Part shown: piece after piece, positions 28,556 through 38,577 of the stretch
How the letters are laid out: every line of letters starts with the position of its first letter
Position numbering within the stretch: position 1 is the stretch's first letter
Source: Minisyncoccota bacterium
Lineage (GTDB): Bacteria; Patescibacteriota; Minisyncoccia; Phycocordibacterales; UBA9973
Length of the DNA stretch: 64,000 nucleotides
Reading direction: 5' to 3'
Assembly (NCBI GenBank): GCA_025453495.1
Contig: JALOQM010000002.1
Span: 12,680-76,679 of the forward strand
The notes under the pieces: generated by a model
The model's database searches: none
Seen by the model: the letters and a program-made list of their open reading frames with translations, nothing else
What the model was told of the DNA's origin: nothing
Made by a program: the position numbers and the translations under genes

Positions 28556-28620
28556 AGTATAGACTCCTTGTGTAGGTCGAATACAGAAAGACATTATCAG
28601 AAGTTAATCGTTTAGTTGTC

Positions 28621-29124
28621 ATGAAACACGAAATCCAAAAAAGAGATGATGATTCTCAGGCTCTTTCAAGGCACGATGACTTCGCCAGCCCCTTCTCTCT
28701 CATCAACCGATTCTTCGACGACTCATGGGATCCGTTCACTATGATGACACCGAGCCTATTTAGAAACCACGGGCTTGGTAATGTATCGACGGTATTCCCG
28801 AAAGTTGATGTCAAAGAAACGGACAAGGAAATCGTGGTAACAGCGAATGTGCCAGGTCTGTATCCAAAAGACATCAATGTCGAGGTTGGCGATGACTACC
28901 TTTCGCTGTCAGGAAAAGTAGAGAGAGAAAACAAAGAAGATAAGAAAGGCAAAGTCTACCGTTGTGAGAGAGAATGCGGAGAATTCAGGCGAGAATTTTC
29001 TCTTCCGACTCGGGTGAAAAAGGATGCGATTGTGGCAAAGTCGAAGAACGGAGTCCTCACAATCACTCTCCCAAAATCTGAAGAGGGAATGAAAAAACGT
29101 GTCAAGATAGAGGTTGAGAACTAA
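28621..29124 (+). CDS. Hsp20/alpha-crystallin small heat-shock protein
   Basis: ACD core: VDVKETDKEIVVTANVPG...GVLTITLPK. Confidence 0.8.
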   Translation: MKHEIQKRDDDSQALSRHDDFASPFSLINRFFDDSWDPFTMMTPSLFRNHGLGNVSTVFPKVDVKETDKEIVVTANVPGLYPKDINVEVGDDYLSLSGKVERENKEDKKGKVYRCERECGEFRREFSLPTRVKKDAIVAKSKNGVLTITLPKSEEGMKKRVKIEVEN

Positions 29125-29128
29125 CCTC

Positions 29129-29166
29129 GAAACCCCGCACTTTCAATTGATACGGGGTTTTGGTGT
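29129..29166 (+). terminator. Terminator after hsp20
   Basis: AAACCCCG...CGGGGTTT hairpin with a downstream T-run. Confidence 0.55.
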
Positions 29167-29220
29167 TGGTTTTTCATACTCAATTATTAAAAGTGTCATT
29201 AATCACAATATAAAGTAACT

Positions 29221-29511
29221 ATGAAAAGTATCAAACCGATTGGAAACAAAGTATTAGTGGAACTTTTGAAAGTATCGAATACAACCGAATCAGGCTTTAT
29301 TCTTTCGAGTGAGGATAAAACGGAACAGCAGAAAGGAAAGGTGCTAGATGTTGGAGTCGGGTATGGTGAAGAGAAAGAACTTATGTCGAGCGTGAAGGAG
29401 GGTGACGTAGTCTTCTTCTCGCGGTATGGAGGCGAAGATATCAAAGACTCTACAGGAGAAGTGATTCAGAAAATTATTGGTATCAAAGATATTTTTGCGG
29501 TCGAAAAGTAA
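29221..29511 (+). CDS. groES: Co-chaperonin GroES
   Basis: 96 aa, IKPIGNKVLVE...mobile loop...VVFFSRYGG. Confidence 0.9.
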   Translation: MKSIKPIGNKVLVELLKVSNTTESGFILSSEDKTEQQKGKVLDVGVGYGEEKELMSSVKEGDVVFFSRYGGEDIKDSTGEVIQKIIGIKDIFAVEK

Positions 29512-29548
29512 TATTACTCATATATCTAATCAAAATAAACACAAAACT

Positions 29549-31162
29549 ATGGCAAAAAAGAAAATCGTGTACGGCCCTGAAGCCAGAAAAGCTATTCAGG
29601 AAGGAGTGAATGCTGTTGTGAATGCTGTGAAGACATCCTATGGACCAGTTGGAAGAACTACTGTCATTGGACAGTCGTATGGAGATCCAACGGTCACTAA
29701 TGATGGCGTAACAATTGCTAAAGCAGTAGAGCTTGATGGGGTCGAACAAATGGGCGTGAAGCTGGTTCAGCAAGCGGCAAACAAGACAAATGAGGAAGCT
29801 GGTGATGGTACGACACTCACTACCATTCTCACTGGCGCAATAATCAACGAAGGCATAAAAGTAGTAGAAGCTGGAGCCGATCCTGTAAAGATTAAGTCTG
29901 GCATAAACAAGGCAGTATCATTTGCAAAAGAAGAGCTGCAGAAAATCACGGTACCTGTGAAGACAAAAGAAGATCGCAAGAATGTTGCATATATTTCGAG
30001 CCGATCGGAAAAAGTTTCTGATATCATTGCCGACATCTTGGAAGAAGTTGGTACCGATGGTGTGGTAACGATTCAAAATGGCGACACTAACTCGATTGAG
30101 AAGGAAGTGACGACAGGTATGCAGTTCGATAAGGGTTACAAGTCGCCGTATTTTGTGACTGATAACGTGAAGATGGAGGCAGTGGTTGAGAATCCCTATG
30201 TCCTTATCACTGACAGAAAGGTGTCTGCTGTATCCGATGTTGTGGGAGTCATTGAGGCTGTGGCGAAGTCTGGCAAGAAGGATCTCGTTATCATTGCTGA
30301 CGATATTGACGGAGAAGCCCTTACCACATTCGTTCTCAACAAGATCAGGGGTACCTTCAACATCTACGCAGTCCAGGCCCCTTCGTTTGGCGACAACAAG
30401 AAAGCCATTCTCGAAGACCTCGCTATTCTCACCGGTGCTGAATTCATCAAGTCTGATCTCAATGCTCAACTCAAAGATGTAACTATTGATAAACTCGGCT
30501 CTGCACAGAAAGTCATTATCTCAAAAGACACGACAACCATTGTCGGCGGTGAGGGCGACAAAAAAGAGATTGAAAGTCGAGCTGAGTATCTCCGATCTCT
30601 TATCTCGAAGGCAACTGCTGATTATGAAAAAGAGAAGCTTTCTGAGCGCTTGGCGAAAATTAAGGGAGGCGTCGGCGTGATCAAGGTCGGGGCGTCATCC
30701 GAAGTTGAAATGAAGGAACTCAAGTTTATTGTCGAGGATGCGCTCAATGCCACAAAAGCAGCTATCGCGGAGGGTGTGGTTCCTGGTGGTGCATCGACAC
30801 TCGTTCGCTTGTCTCATAAATTGTCTTCTCTCAAGGCTGAGAACGACGATGAAAAAATTGGTATCTCAATAATTGAGAAAGCATTCATGATGCCGTTTAG
30901 GGCCATGGCTGAAAACTCAGGTATGTATGATGTTGCTATTGCTATACATGATATCGTTGGGGGTGCAAAGACGGGTTTCGATTTCCGAACCATGAAGTCC
31001 GTAGAGGACATGCTGGAAAAAGGAATCATCGATCCGAAGATGGTGCTTCGAGAAGCTATCGACAATGCATCATCAGTTGCTTCGTCAATCATTACCACTC
31101 AGGTGGTGATATGTGAGGAGGAGAAAGCAGAGAAAGGCAATCATCTGCACGATCTCGACTAA
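29549..31162 (+). CDS. groEL: Chaperonin GroEL
   Basis: MAKKKIVYGPEARKAI...GDGTTLTT... Start taken at the internal Met (the track ORF starts at 29477). Confidence 0.9.
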   Translation: MAKKKIVYGPEARKAIQEGVNAVVNAVKTSYGPVGRTTVIGQSYGDPTVTNDGVTIAKAVELDGVEQMGVKLVQQAANKTNEEAGDGTTLTTILTGAIINEGIKVVEAGADPVKIKSGINKAVSFAKEELQKITVPVKTKEDRKNVAYISSRSEKVSDIIADILEEVGTDGVVTIQNGDTNSIEKEVTTGMQFDKGYKSPYFVTDNVKMEAVVENPYVLITDRKVSAVSDVVGVIEAVAKSGKKDLVIIADDIDGEALTTFVLNKIRGTFNIYAVQAPSFGDNKKAILEDLAILTGAEFIKSDLNAQLKDVTIDKLGSAQKVIISKDTTTIVGGEGDKKEIESRAEYLRSLISKATADYEKEKLSERLAKIKGGVGVIKVGASSEVEMKELKFIVEDALNATKAAIAEGVVPGGASTLVRLSHKLSSLKAENDDEKIGISIIEKAFMMPFRAMAENSGMYDVAIAIHDIVGGAKTGFDFRTMKSVEDMLEKGIIDPKMVLREAIDNASSVASSIITTQVVICEEEKAEKGNHLHDLD

Positions 31163-31187
31163 TTATTAGTTAATTGTTTTAAAAATC

Positions 31188-31592
31188 ATGACAACAGATT
31201 GGAAAAACAAACTGAAGGATTGGTTCAATGGGTCAAATCTAGTACTAATCATACTTCTTGCTGTTAGCATTCTTGCAAACGGATACCTTCTGTATCAAAT
31301 GAAAGATAACGGCAAGAAATTGGCATCACAAAATATTCGTACTCTTACCACTCAAAACCTAGACGGCTCTAGTGTTGCGACCATTGAGTCTCCATATGGA
31401 GTGAGAAACGAGGTGTATTCCAAATATGAGGATGGAAAATGGAAAACATACTCAACCTCTACTCCGATTACGGAAACTGAAGTAAAAGAGATGAGAGCCA
31501 CCATCAATGCCCGGCATAAAGCTCTGATGGACTATTTCAGAAAACAGGATGAGCTCATGAACCAATTCTGGAGTTCGTTCTACGGATTCTAA
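31188..31592 (+). CDS. Hypothetical membrane-anchored protein
   Basis: 134 aa with an N-terminal TM helix. Confidence 0.4.
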   Translation: MTTDWKNKLKDWFNGSNLVLIILLAVSILANGYLLYQMKDNGKKLASQNIRTLTTQNLDGSSVATIESPYGVRNEVYSKYEDGKWKTYSTSTPITETEVKEMRATINARHKALMDYFRKQDELMNQFWSSFYGF

Positions 31593-31630
31593 AACAGACA
31601 GCACTCACAATGTGAGTGCTGTCTGTTTTA
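31591..31630 (+). terminator. Strong rho-independent terminator
   Basis: Perfect 18-bp stem AAAACAGACAGCACTCACA-ATG-TGAGTGCTGTCTGTTTT. Confidence 0.75.
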
Positions 31631-31649
31631 GTCAGGTCAAGAATATTCC

Positions 31650-31760
31650 GAATCTGCTGAGCCGTCAGAGACTCGAACTAAAAATTTAGACAATTTCAAA
31701 AATCTAAGTATATATTTAGATCCATATTATTTAAAAATGTTCGAGTCGAATATCCACAGC
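31650..31760. repeat. Relic of the tRNA-Gln-3'-derived repeat family: inverted pair GAGACTCGAAC ... GTTCGAGTCGAA
   Basis: The reverse complement of 31656-31678 reads GTTCGAGTCTCTGACGGCTCAGC, close to the tRNA-Gln 3' end GTTCGAGTCCCTGACCGGCAGCC. 31739-31755 resembles the E2/E3 core. Confidence 0.45.
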
Positions 31761-32037
31761 AAAGTCTTACTAGTATGATATGTCAACGGAACCCAGGCGC
31801 TCGAGATTATTAGAAAGATTGACTTCGTCGAAAAGCGGCTAATGATTTCATTTATCAATGAAAGTAGTTTTATTACAAGAAAAAATACTGATTCAATCAT
31901 AGGAGCTGTGTATTTTGATTTTGACTGCAGAGAGATTCTTCCGCAGCATCCTTGCCTGACTCTAAAACTATTCAAGTAATTGTACGATCTATGCTGGGAG
32001 CTCGACGCAAAGCTGATATAATTGTACTATATAGCCT

Positions 32038-33540
32038 ATGCACGAAAACCTGCCCAAAAAGTTAGACGATTCCAAAGAGTATATAGATACTGAGCTTGAG
32101 AGTGTCAAAAGTCCTGAAAAAAGGAAATATCTAGAAAAGATGTATTTAGATATTGCGGAAATAGTTGCATCAATAGATGCGGAGGCAAAAGAAACACACA
32201 CTGAAGATAGTGTTGTGTATAAAAAAAGACGTAATGCTCTTGATGAAGCACAAGTAATTATTCATGGAATTGTAGCTCCACACAAGAAAGTTGAATCACT
32301 TGCGTCAAATAAAATTATGGTTTCCTATTCTAGAAGAAATGAAGAATGGGCTCGTATTTTGCATCTTGCACTTAGAAAAATGGGCATGGATGTGTGGTTT
32401 GATAATCAAGAGACAAACGTCACTTCGGATGAAGCAGAAGATGGGTATGAAGAACGTGGTGGCGGTCTTGATTTTGGAAATGAATTAGATACATCTATAC
32501 ATGAACAAAGAGGTATCGGTATTGGAAATGAATGGAAAGAATCGATAAATAATGGAATCTCTGAAAATGGGCATGCTGTGGTACTCCTTACGCATGATGT
32601 ACTTGATAAATTTGATGTTATTGGTGGTCAAGAAATTCCTAAAATGATAGAAAAAAATACATCGATTGTTGTTGCTTGTGTTGATAATCCACAAAGGGGA
32701 TCAGTCTTTGAGCGGCTTAAAAAATTTACTCAAGAAAATGAGACACACAAAAAGTATCGAAATTCTATCGAAGTATTGTCAAAGGCGCCACGTGTCGCTC
32801 TTTCGGAAGGAGACTTTACCGCCCCAAAAAGCAACTTAGGTGAAAAAATTGTCGAATCAATTCCTGTAACTGATGCAGATGCAGTCATGACACCTCAAGA
32901 CAATGGTACTCCTGCACAAAGTAGCAACATTCTAGAGTCTATAGATATACTAAAAGAACATGTATCAGAAGATGATTCATACAAAGGACAAGTACAGAAA
33001 CGTGCGTTGGAAGAGTGTCAAATAATTATAAAAAGTCAAACTGATCCAAAGAAACTCGTTGCCAGAAAACATTTGCGATCTCAGTTCTTTCATTATCCAA
33101 AGAGGCAATTGCGCACTCCAGATATATACGACCAAGTGAGTGCCACTTTCGAAGATATGGGTTTGTGGAAAGAAGATACGCAACAAGAAGGTGGATATAC
33201 ACTTTTGCCACTTACTAAAGAAAAAATGAATGATTATACAGCGAGTTTTGTTAGTAATTTTTCTGAATTTGTAGATTCGGATACTCTATGGATTTTAGTA
33301 GGAGAACCAGGCTTTTTTGATTCGCTAAATGAAGTCCTTGAAAAAGCGATACAAGAAAGAGATGTGCTAAAAAAGGGACAAGATACTCGCAAGATAGATG
33401 AGATGCTAAAAAAAATTGCTATTTTAGAAAAATTCAAAAAAACACAAGGACTTTTTGTCAGCGACAATGATCTAAAAAATCCCAAAGGTCTCGCTTCGTA
33501 CTTACTGATGAAACAAGCTCTTTCTGAAGTAAAAAAATAG
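32038..33540 (+). CDS. TIR-domain-containing protein: N-terminal coiled coil, TIR-like core ~aa 95-240, C-terminal ~260 aa of unknown function
   Basis: IMVSYSRRNEEWARILHLALRKMGMDVWFDNQE...AVVLLTHDVLDKF matches the TIR box1-to-alphaC pattern (xSYS..D..W...L...G..VW.D). 500 aa. Confidence 0.55.
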   Translation: MHENLPKKLDDSKEYIDTELESVKSPEKRKYLEKMYLDIAEIVASIDAEAKETHTEDSVVYKKRRNALDEAQVIIHGIVAPHKKVESLASNKIMVSYSRRNEEWARILHLALRKMGMDVWFDNQETNVTSDEAEDGYEERGGGLDFGNELDTSIHEQRGIGIGNEWKESINNGISENGHAVVLLTHDVLDKFDVIGGQEIPKMIEKNTSIVVACVDNPQRGSVFERLKKFTQENETHKKYRNSIEVLSKAPRVALSEGDFTAPKSNLGEKIVESIPVTDADAVMTPQDNGTPAQSSNILESIDILKEHVSEDDSYKGQVQKRALEECQIIIKSQTDPKKLVARKHLRSQFFHYPKRQLRTPDIYDQVSATFEDMGLWKEDTQQEGGYTLLPLTKEKMNDYTASFVSNFSEFVDSDTLWILVGEPGFFDSLNEVLEKAIQERDVLKKGQDTRKIDEMLKKIAILEKFKKTQGLFVSDNDLKNPKGLASYLLMKQALSEVKK

Positions 33541-33703
33541 AATACTCACATCCTACCTGTATTCAATAATTCTGAAAACATACAGTACAACTACATTTAC
33601 AAACACAGCTTCGTGTTTTATTGTAAATTTCTACATTTTCTTGTATAGTAAACGTGTCATCAGCAAGGTGCTGGTGAAGAATGTACATTTAAAATAAATA
33701 ACC

Positions 33704-35263
33704 ATGAAAAAACTGTTTCTCATGTACACTATGTGTGTACTGTTGCCGTGTACTGCTAGAGCGCAGACCAATGCTGCGCTTAATGCAAACAATATCTGGA
33801 TTGCCTTTAGTTCTAATGGTGACCTCTATTCGAGTTCGACATTAAATTTTAGCAATGGCATGCAAGTTGCTAATCAGAATCACTTTTCACTCGGTCAACT
33901 TTGGATGGGTGGTTTTGATCAAGGTACTTCATTGCATCTTGCTGCGCAAACATACCGGCAAGCTGGTACTGATTACTGGCCTGGTCCGCTTGATACTACT
34001 ATCGGATCTATTGCTCCTGCTGTGTCAAATCAATGGGACAGGGTGTGGTTTGTGCGAAAGACAACCATTGATAGCTTCAGGCTTGGTCTGTTTGGAAGTC
34101 AGATACCAAGTGCGGTAGCTGATTGGCCTGGTAATGGAGCAAGTGCTGCTAATCAAGCCAAGATACTTGCACCATTTGTGGATCTCAATGCCAATGCTTT
34201 GTATGAGCCACAGCTTGGCGATTATCCAAGGATTAAAGGCGATGAAGCAGTATATTGTATCTTTAACGATGCACAGACTGGTTCTCTTCATGGTCAAAGT
34301 GGGGGAATTCCGTTCGGATTTGAAATTCATGTGATGGCATATGCGTTCTCGTGTCCCAGTGACTCTGCTCTTATGAATTCTGTTTTTGTCCATTTTGACA
34401 TTTACAATCGGACTGACTCTGTCTACACTGATTGTCATGTTGGGCACTTCAGCAACTTTAATTTTGCTTCGAGTATTTTCCAATATGCAGGGACAGATTC
34501 TCTTGGGAAATATCAGTATTTTGCAGATGAGTATATAAATAGTGCAGTGGGAATCGTTTTTCTGGATAAAGAGTTAACAGGTTCATTTTGGTTCAGTAAC
34601 AATGTATGGACTCAGACACAACTTTCACTTAGTACTCCAGGCGATTACTATGAAATGCTCCGAAATCAGTTCCCAGACGGCACTCCATTAACCTATGGAG
34701 GAAGTGGGTATGGAGGCACAAATCAAACCTCGTATTGCTACACGGGGAATCCAGCAACAAATACCGGTTGGCTTGATACGATCGCCTCTGACAAGAGAAT
34801 TGTAGCAAGTTCTGGGCCATTCATTATGCAACCACGAGGTAAATACGAGTTTGATATCGCTCTTATTTATGCAAAAGATTATGTAGGTACTACTCCGTTT
34901 CAATCGACAGTGGTTTTGAACTCGCGAGTTCAAACACTACGTCAATATTTCCAGACAGGCCTAAGTCCTTGCGGAAATATTTCAAGTATCACTGATCCAT
35001 TGCAAGTGGGTACCCTTCATGTCTTCCCAAATCCTGCGCAAGATATACTAACGCTTGCGTTTGATTGTTTGGAAAGCAGTGATCTTATCGTCAATATATA
35101 CGATATTACTGGGAAACTCGTTAAAACAGTAAATCAAGTGACAGTACCTTCGGGTGCACAAGCAGTAACGCTATCGGTGGAAGACTTGGCAACAGGACTC
35201 TATTTGGTAGAGCTCAGCACAACAACCACTCGCAAGGTCGTACAGATTAATGTACTAAAATAA
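33704..35263 (+). CDS. Secreted protein with a T9SS-type C-terminal sorting domain (Por_Secre_tail-like)
   Basis: Signal peptide, then C-terminus LHVFPNPAQDILTLAF...IYDITGKLVKTV...GLYLVELSTTTTRKVVQINVLK typical of T9SS CTDs. 519 aa. Confidence 0.6.
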   Translation: MKKLFLMYTMCVLLPCTARAQTNAALNANNIWIAFSSNGDLYSSSTLNFSNGMQVANQNHFSLGQLWMGGFDQGTSLHLAAQTYRQAGTDYWPGPLDTTIGSIAPAVSNQWDRVWFVRKTTIDSFRLGLFGSQIPSAVADWPGNGASAANQAKILAPFVDLNANALYEPQLGDYPRIKGDEAVYCIFNDAQTGSLHGQSGGIPFGFEIHVMAYAFSCPSDSALMNSVFVHFDIYNRTDSVYTDCHVGHFSNFNFASSIFQYAGTDSLGKYQYFADEYINSAVGIVFLDKELTGSFWFSNNVWTQTQLSLSTPGDYYEMLRNQFPDGTPLTYGGSGYGGTNQTSYCYTGNPATNTGWLDTIASDKRIVASSGPFIMQPRGKYEFDIALIYAKDYVGTTPFQSTVVLNSRVQTLRQYFQTGLSPCGNISSITDPLQVGTLHVFPNPAQDILTLAFDCLESSDLIVNIYDITGKLVKTVNQVTVPSGAQAVTLSVEDLATGLYLVELSTTTTRKVVQINVLK

Positions 35264-35280
35264 TCATTTTTACAGTTACA

Positions 35281-35316
35281 AAAACACCGCTTTGAAACAA
35301 AGCGGTGTTTTTATTT
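35281..35316 (+). terminator. Rho-independent terminator
   Basis: AAAACACCGCTTT-GAAAC-AAAGCGGTGTTTTT. Confidence 0.75.
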
Positions 35317-35366
35317 CAAAATAGTATAACGTTTCCACTCTCGTCACTCTTCGCTATACTTAGGCT

Positions 35367-35924
35367 ATGGAATCAAAGTATGAAATAGCTGTTTTTGGTG
35401 GTGGATGCTTTTGGTGCACAGAAGCAGTGTTTGCGATGCTCAAAGGTGTCATCTCAGTCGAGCCGGGCTATGCCGGAGGTACTGTCACAGATCCGACGTA
35501 TGAAGAAGTCTCGACAGGTACAACCGGACATGCAGAGGTGACACGAGTGGTATTTGATCCCACATGTATGTCGTTTGATACACTTATGACAGTATTTTTT
35601 GCTTCACACGATCCATCAACTCTCAATCGCCAAGGCAATGATGTGGGTACTCAGTATCGATCAGTAATTTTTTATACGACACCAGAACAAAAAGGCAAAG
35701 CTATAGACATGATTGCAAAGCTCGAGAGAGAAAGCAGAGAAGGCAATCCCATTGTTACTGAAGTCACGCCACTTGAGTATTTTTGGTCTGCGGAAGACTA
35801 TCACAAAAAGTATTATGCCAGGCACAAAGAGCAAGCGTACTGCCAGCTTGTCATTAATCCGAAACTTAAGAAAATACAAAAAGAATTTGCAGAACTTCTA
35901 GAGGGGAAATCTCTCGAATCCTAA
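35367..35924 (+). CDS. msrA: Peptide methionine sulfoxide reductase A
   Basis: Active-site GGGCFWCTE. 185 aa. Confidence 0.9.
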   Translation: MESKYEIAVFGGGCFWCTEAVFAMLKGVISVEPGYAGGTVTDPTYEEVSTGTTGHAEVTRVVFDPTCMSFDTLMTVFFASHDPSTLNRQGNDVGTQYRSVIFYTTPEQKGKAIDMIAKLERESREGNPIVTEVTPLEYFWSAEDYHKKYYARHKEQAYCQLVINPKLKKIQKEFAELLEGKSLES

Positions 35925-36107
35925 GTGTTTACAAATGATTTGTATTTACCGTATAGTACATACGTGTAAAAAATACGACATATTTTAGAGAATCCATACG
36001 TTCGCACTGCACTAAGTTTCCTTAATTCATGAGTACACTAGTATATTCTTTGGTTATGCGAAAATGTAGTAGTACATAATTTTTTTTGACCTGAAACACT
36101 AAAATTC

Positions 36108-37286
36108 ATGCAGAGAGTACACGCTATTTTTCTTATACTCATTATTACGCTTATTTTTTGGCGTTTTCTTGCTGCACCAGTTTTTGCTCAAGAGGTTGTC
36201 ATTGATACAACAGTGCTTCTGAAGGCTCGTGTTATTGCTGTTTCGGAATCACCACAGAAAGCACTTCCAGGTGTCTCAATTTCTTCAGAGACACAGATGA
36301 TTTCTGTTGAGCTTCTGGAAGGTGAACGAAAGGGAACTACTGTTTCTATCTTTAATGATTATTTGCCGTTTTCTGAAGGTGACCTGTTGTATGTCCTGCA
36401 TACGACCAATCCGATTGACGGTATTGATACGTATGCGGTATCAGAGCCGTATCGACTTCCGGCATTGTTGCTTTTCTTTGTGCTTTTTATCCTAGTAGTG
36501 TTTGCGGTCGGTGGTAAACAAGGTATCCGAGGACTTGCTGCACTTGCGGGTGGACTGGCACTTATTGGTTCATTTCTTTTGCCAGGTATTATTGCCGGCT
36601 ACTCGCCAGTGCTTGTGTCAGTTATCGTCGCTTCACTTATTTCTATACTTGGCTCCTACGTCACACATGGCTTCAATAAGACGACATCTTCTGCAGTATT
36701 GGGTATGGTTGCGACGATTCTCTTCACAGGTGCGCTCGCATTTCTTGCAGTACATTTGACGCGCCTCACAGGTCTTTATAGTGAAGATGCGGTCTATCTC
36801 AATTTTGATACGAAGGGCACGATTGACCTGCAAGGTCTTTTGCTTGGCAGTATCATTATCGGTTTACTTGGAGGACTCTATGATGCTGCAATCGGGCAGG
36901 CTGCTGCAGTTGATGAATTGCGCTCCGTTGCTCCACATTTACCGCGCACTGTTATTTATCGTCGTGCGGTGCGGATTGGGAGAGAGCATATCGGTGCGCT
37001 CGTCAATACACTCGCTATCGCGTATGTCGGCGCTGCATTACCGCTTATCTTGCTATTCTACAATTCCGCGAGTGGTAGTACTCTTTCGCATTTAAATCAA
37101 GAAGTATTTGCTACAGAGATCATTCGCACGCTTGTTGGTTCTATCGGACTTGTCCTTGCCGTGCCACTGACGACAGTTATCGCTGTATGGATGCTTTTTC
37201 CTAAAAAAGAAGAAGCAAGCGCAGAGGTGCTCAAACAAGAAGAAAAGCTACTCTCACGTATTGGACATACACATTCACATACTTGA
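36108..37286 (+). CDS. YibE/F-family membrane protein
   Basis: N-terminal signal/TM helix, periplasmic domain, then ~7 TM helices with a YibE/F-like pattern. 392 aa. Confidence 0.5.
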   Translation: MQRVHAIFLILIITLIFWRFLAAPVFAQEVVIDTTVLLKARVIAVSESPQKALPGVSISSETQMISVELLEGERKGTTVSIFNDYLPFSEGDLLYVLHTTNPIDGIDTYAVSEPYRLPALLLFFVLFILVVFAVGGKQGIRGLAALAGGLALIGSFLLPGIIAGYSPVLVSVIVASLISILGSYVTHGFNKTTSSAVLGMVATILFTGALAFLAVHLTRLTGLYSEDAVYLNFDTKGTIDLQGLLLGSIIIGLLGGLYDAAIGQAAAVDELRSVAPHLPRTVIYRRAVRIGREHIGALVNTLAIAYVGAALPLILLFYNSASGSTLSHLNQEVFATEIIRTLVGSIGLVLAVPLTTVIAVWMLFPKKEEASAEVLKQEEKLLSRIGHTHSHT

Positions 37287-37346
37287 TACAAAGTATAGCT
37301 ACACCGTATACTGTACGTACTTATTATTTTTTTATAAAACAGTAGT

Positions 37347-37814
37347 ATGAACAAAACGCTAAGTACTGTCATATTGGTTGCCATGTTTATATTTGCAGGG
37401 TACTTCTTTGTCAAAGGGAGAGAAGCACAAAAAGATAACACACCGCCGCATATATATATGGCTGACAGTACTGTAGATAGAAAAGTGTCTGAAGCACCTT
37501 TGCCTCTTGCGCCTACTGCCACACATGACATCATTTTTTCTGATAGCGGCTTTTCACCAAATCAGATACGCATCAAGAAAGGGGACACTATTATATTTAA
37601 AAATGAGAGTTCTTCGGCGATGTGGCCGGCCGCAAATGCTCACCCGACGCATCGCGAGTATCCAACGACTGGTGGTTGTCTTGGGAGTGCATTTGATGCA
37701 TGCAAGGGAATCCCTGTCAAAGAAACATGGTCATTTACCTTTGATCATATCGGCACATGGAAGTATCACGATCACTTGTCTCCACAGTGGAGAGGCAGTA
37801 TTATAGTTGAATAA
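37347..37814 (+). CDS. Membrane-anchored cupredoxin-like domain protein
   Basis: N-terminal TM helix and a beta-rich C-terminus with spaced His/Cys residues (HPTH...GGC...C...YHDH). Low certainty. Confidence 0.35.
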   Translation: MNKTLSTVILVAMFIFAGYFFVKGREAQKDNTPPHIYMADSTVDRKVSEAPLPLAPTATHDIIFSDSGFSPNQIRIKKGDTIIFKNESSSAMWPAANAHPTHREYPTTGGCLGSAFDACKGIPVKETWSFTFDHIGTWKYHDHLSPQWRGSIIVE

Positions 37815-37832
37815 GATAACTTTATTTACTAT

Positions 37833-38573
37833 ATGCAACAATCAAACAAATCATTTGCACTTTGGCTCGGTCTCCTTATTGGTGGTAGTCTTTTGGTAAG
37901 TTCTGTAATTTTCGCACTTACACTCTATCGTGCACGTACCTCTGATAATGCTCTTTCTGTGACTGGGTCAGCAACGACTGAAGTAGTATCTGATACTGTC
38001 AGATGGACTGGTAGCTTCACCCGCACTGCGAAGCTTGCTGCGCTTAAAACAGGCTATGAACAAATGGCAAAGGATCTTACGCTTGTGCGTGAGTTTCTCC
38101 TCATAAATGGTATTGCAGAGTCTGATGTCACTGTATCCACAATCTTTATGAATCAAGATTATAGCAGTATGAATCAAAACGTCTCAGCTAGTGAGCGTGA
38201 GTACATACTAAACCAGACTATTGAGATCAATTCAACCGATGTTGCAAAAATTACAGCACTTGCAAAAAATGTCCAGTCACTTATCGACAAAGGAGTGATC
38301 TTCTCGTCAAATCCACTCGAGTACTACTATTCAAATCTTCCTGAAACACGTGTCGCGCTTCTCTCTGATGCACTCAAGGATGCAAAGGCACGTGCGCAAA
38401 AAATTGCTGAAACCACAGGCGATCGCGTCGGTGCCCTGCAGTCGGCTTCAAGTGGAGTTGTGCAAGTACTTTCACCAAATTCAGTTGATGTTTCTGATTA
38501 TGGTGCATACGATACTGCAAGTCTCAACAAATCAATCATGGTGACAGTGAAAGCATCTTTTAATCTTCGTTAG
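37833..38573 (+). CDS. SIMPL-domain (DUF541/YggE-like) protein
   Basis: N-terminal TM helix and SIMPL-like repeats (VTGSATTEVVSDTVRWTGSFTR...). 246 aa. Confidence 0.5.
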   Translation: MQQSNKSFALWLGLLIGGSLLVSSVIFALTLYRARTSDNALSVTGSATTEVVSDTVRWTGSFTRTAKLAALKTGYEQMAKDLTLVREFLLINGIAESDVTVSTIFMNQDYSSMNQNVSASEREYILNQTIEINSTDVAKITALAKNVQSLIDKGVIFSSNPLEYYYSNLPETRVALLSDALKDAKARAQKIAETTGDRVGALQSASSGVVQVLSPNSVDVSDYGAYDTASLNKSIMVTVKASFNLR

Positions 38574-38577
38574 TGCA

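Noticed and set aside
29125-29220. CIRCE heat-shock operator (TTAGCACTC-N9-GAGTGCTAA) upstream of groES or hsp20
   Set aside because: No match to the CIRCE consensus was seen. Only an upstream terminator hairpin is present.
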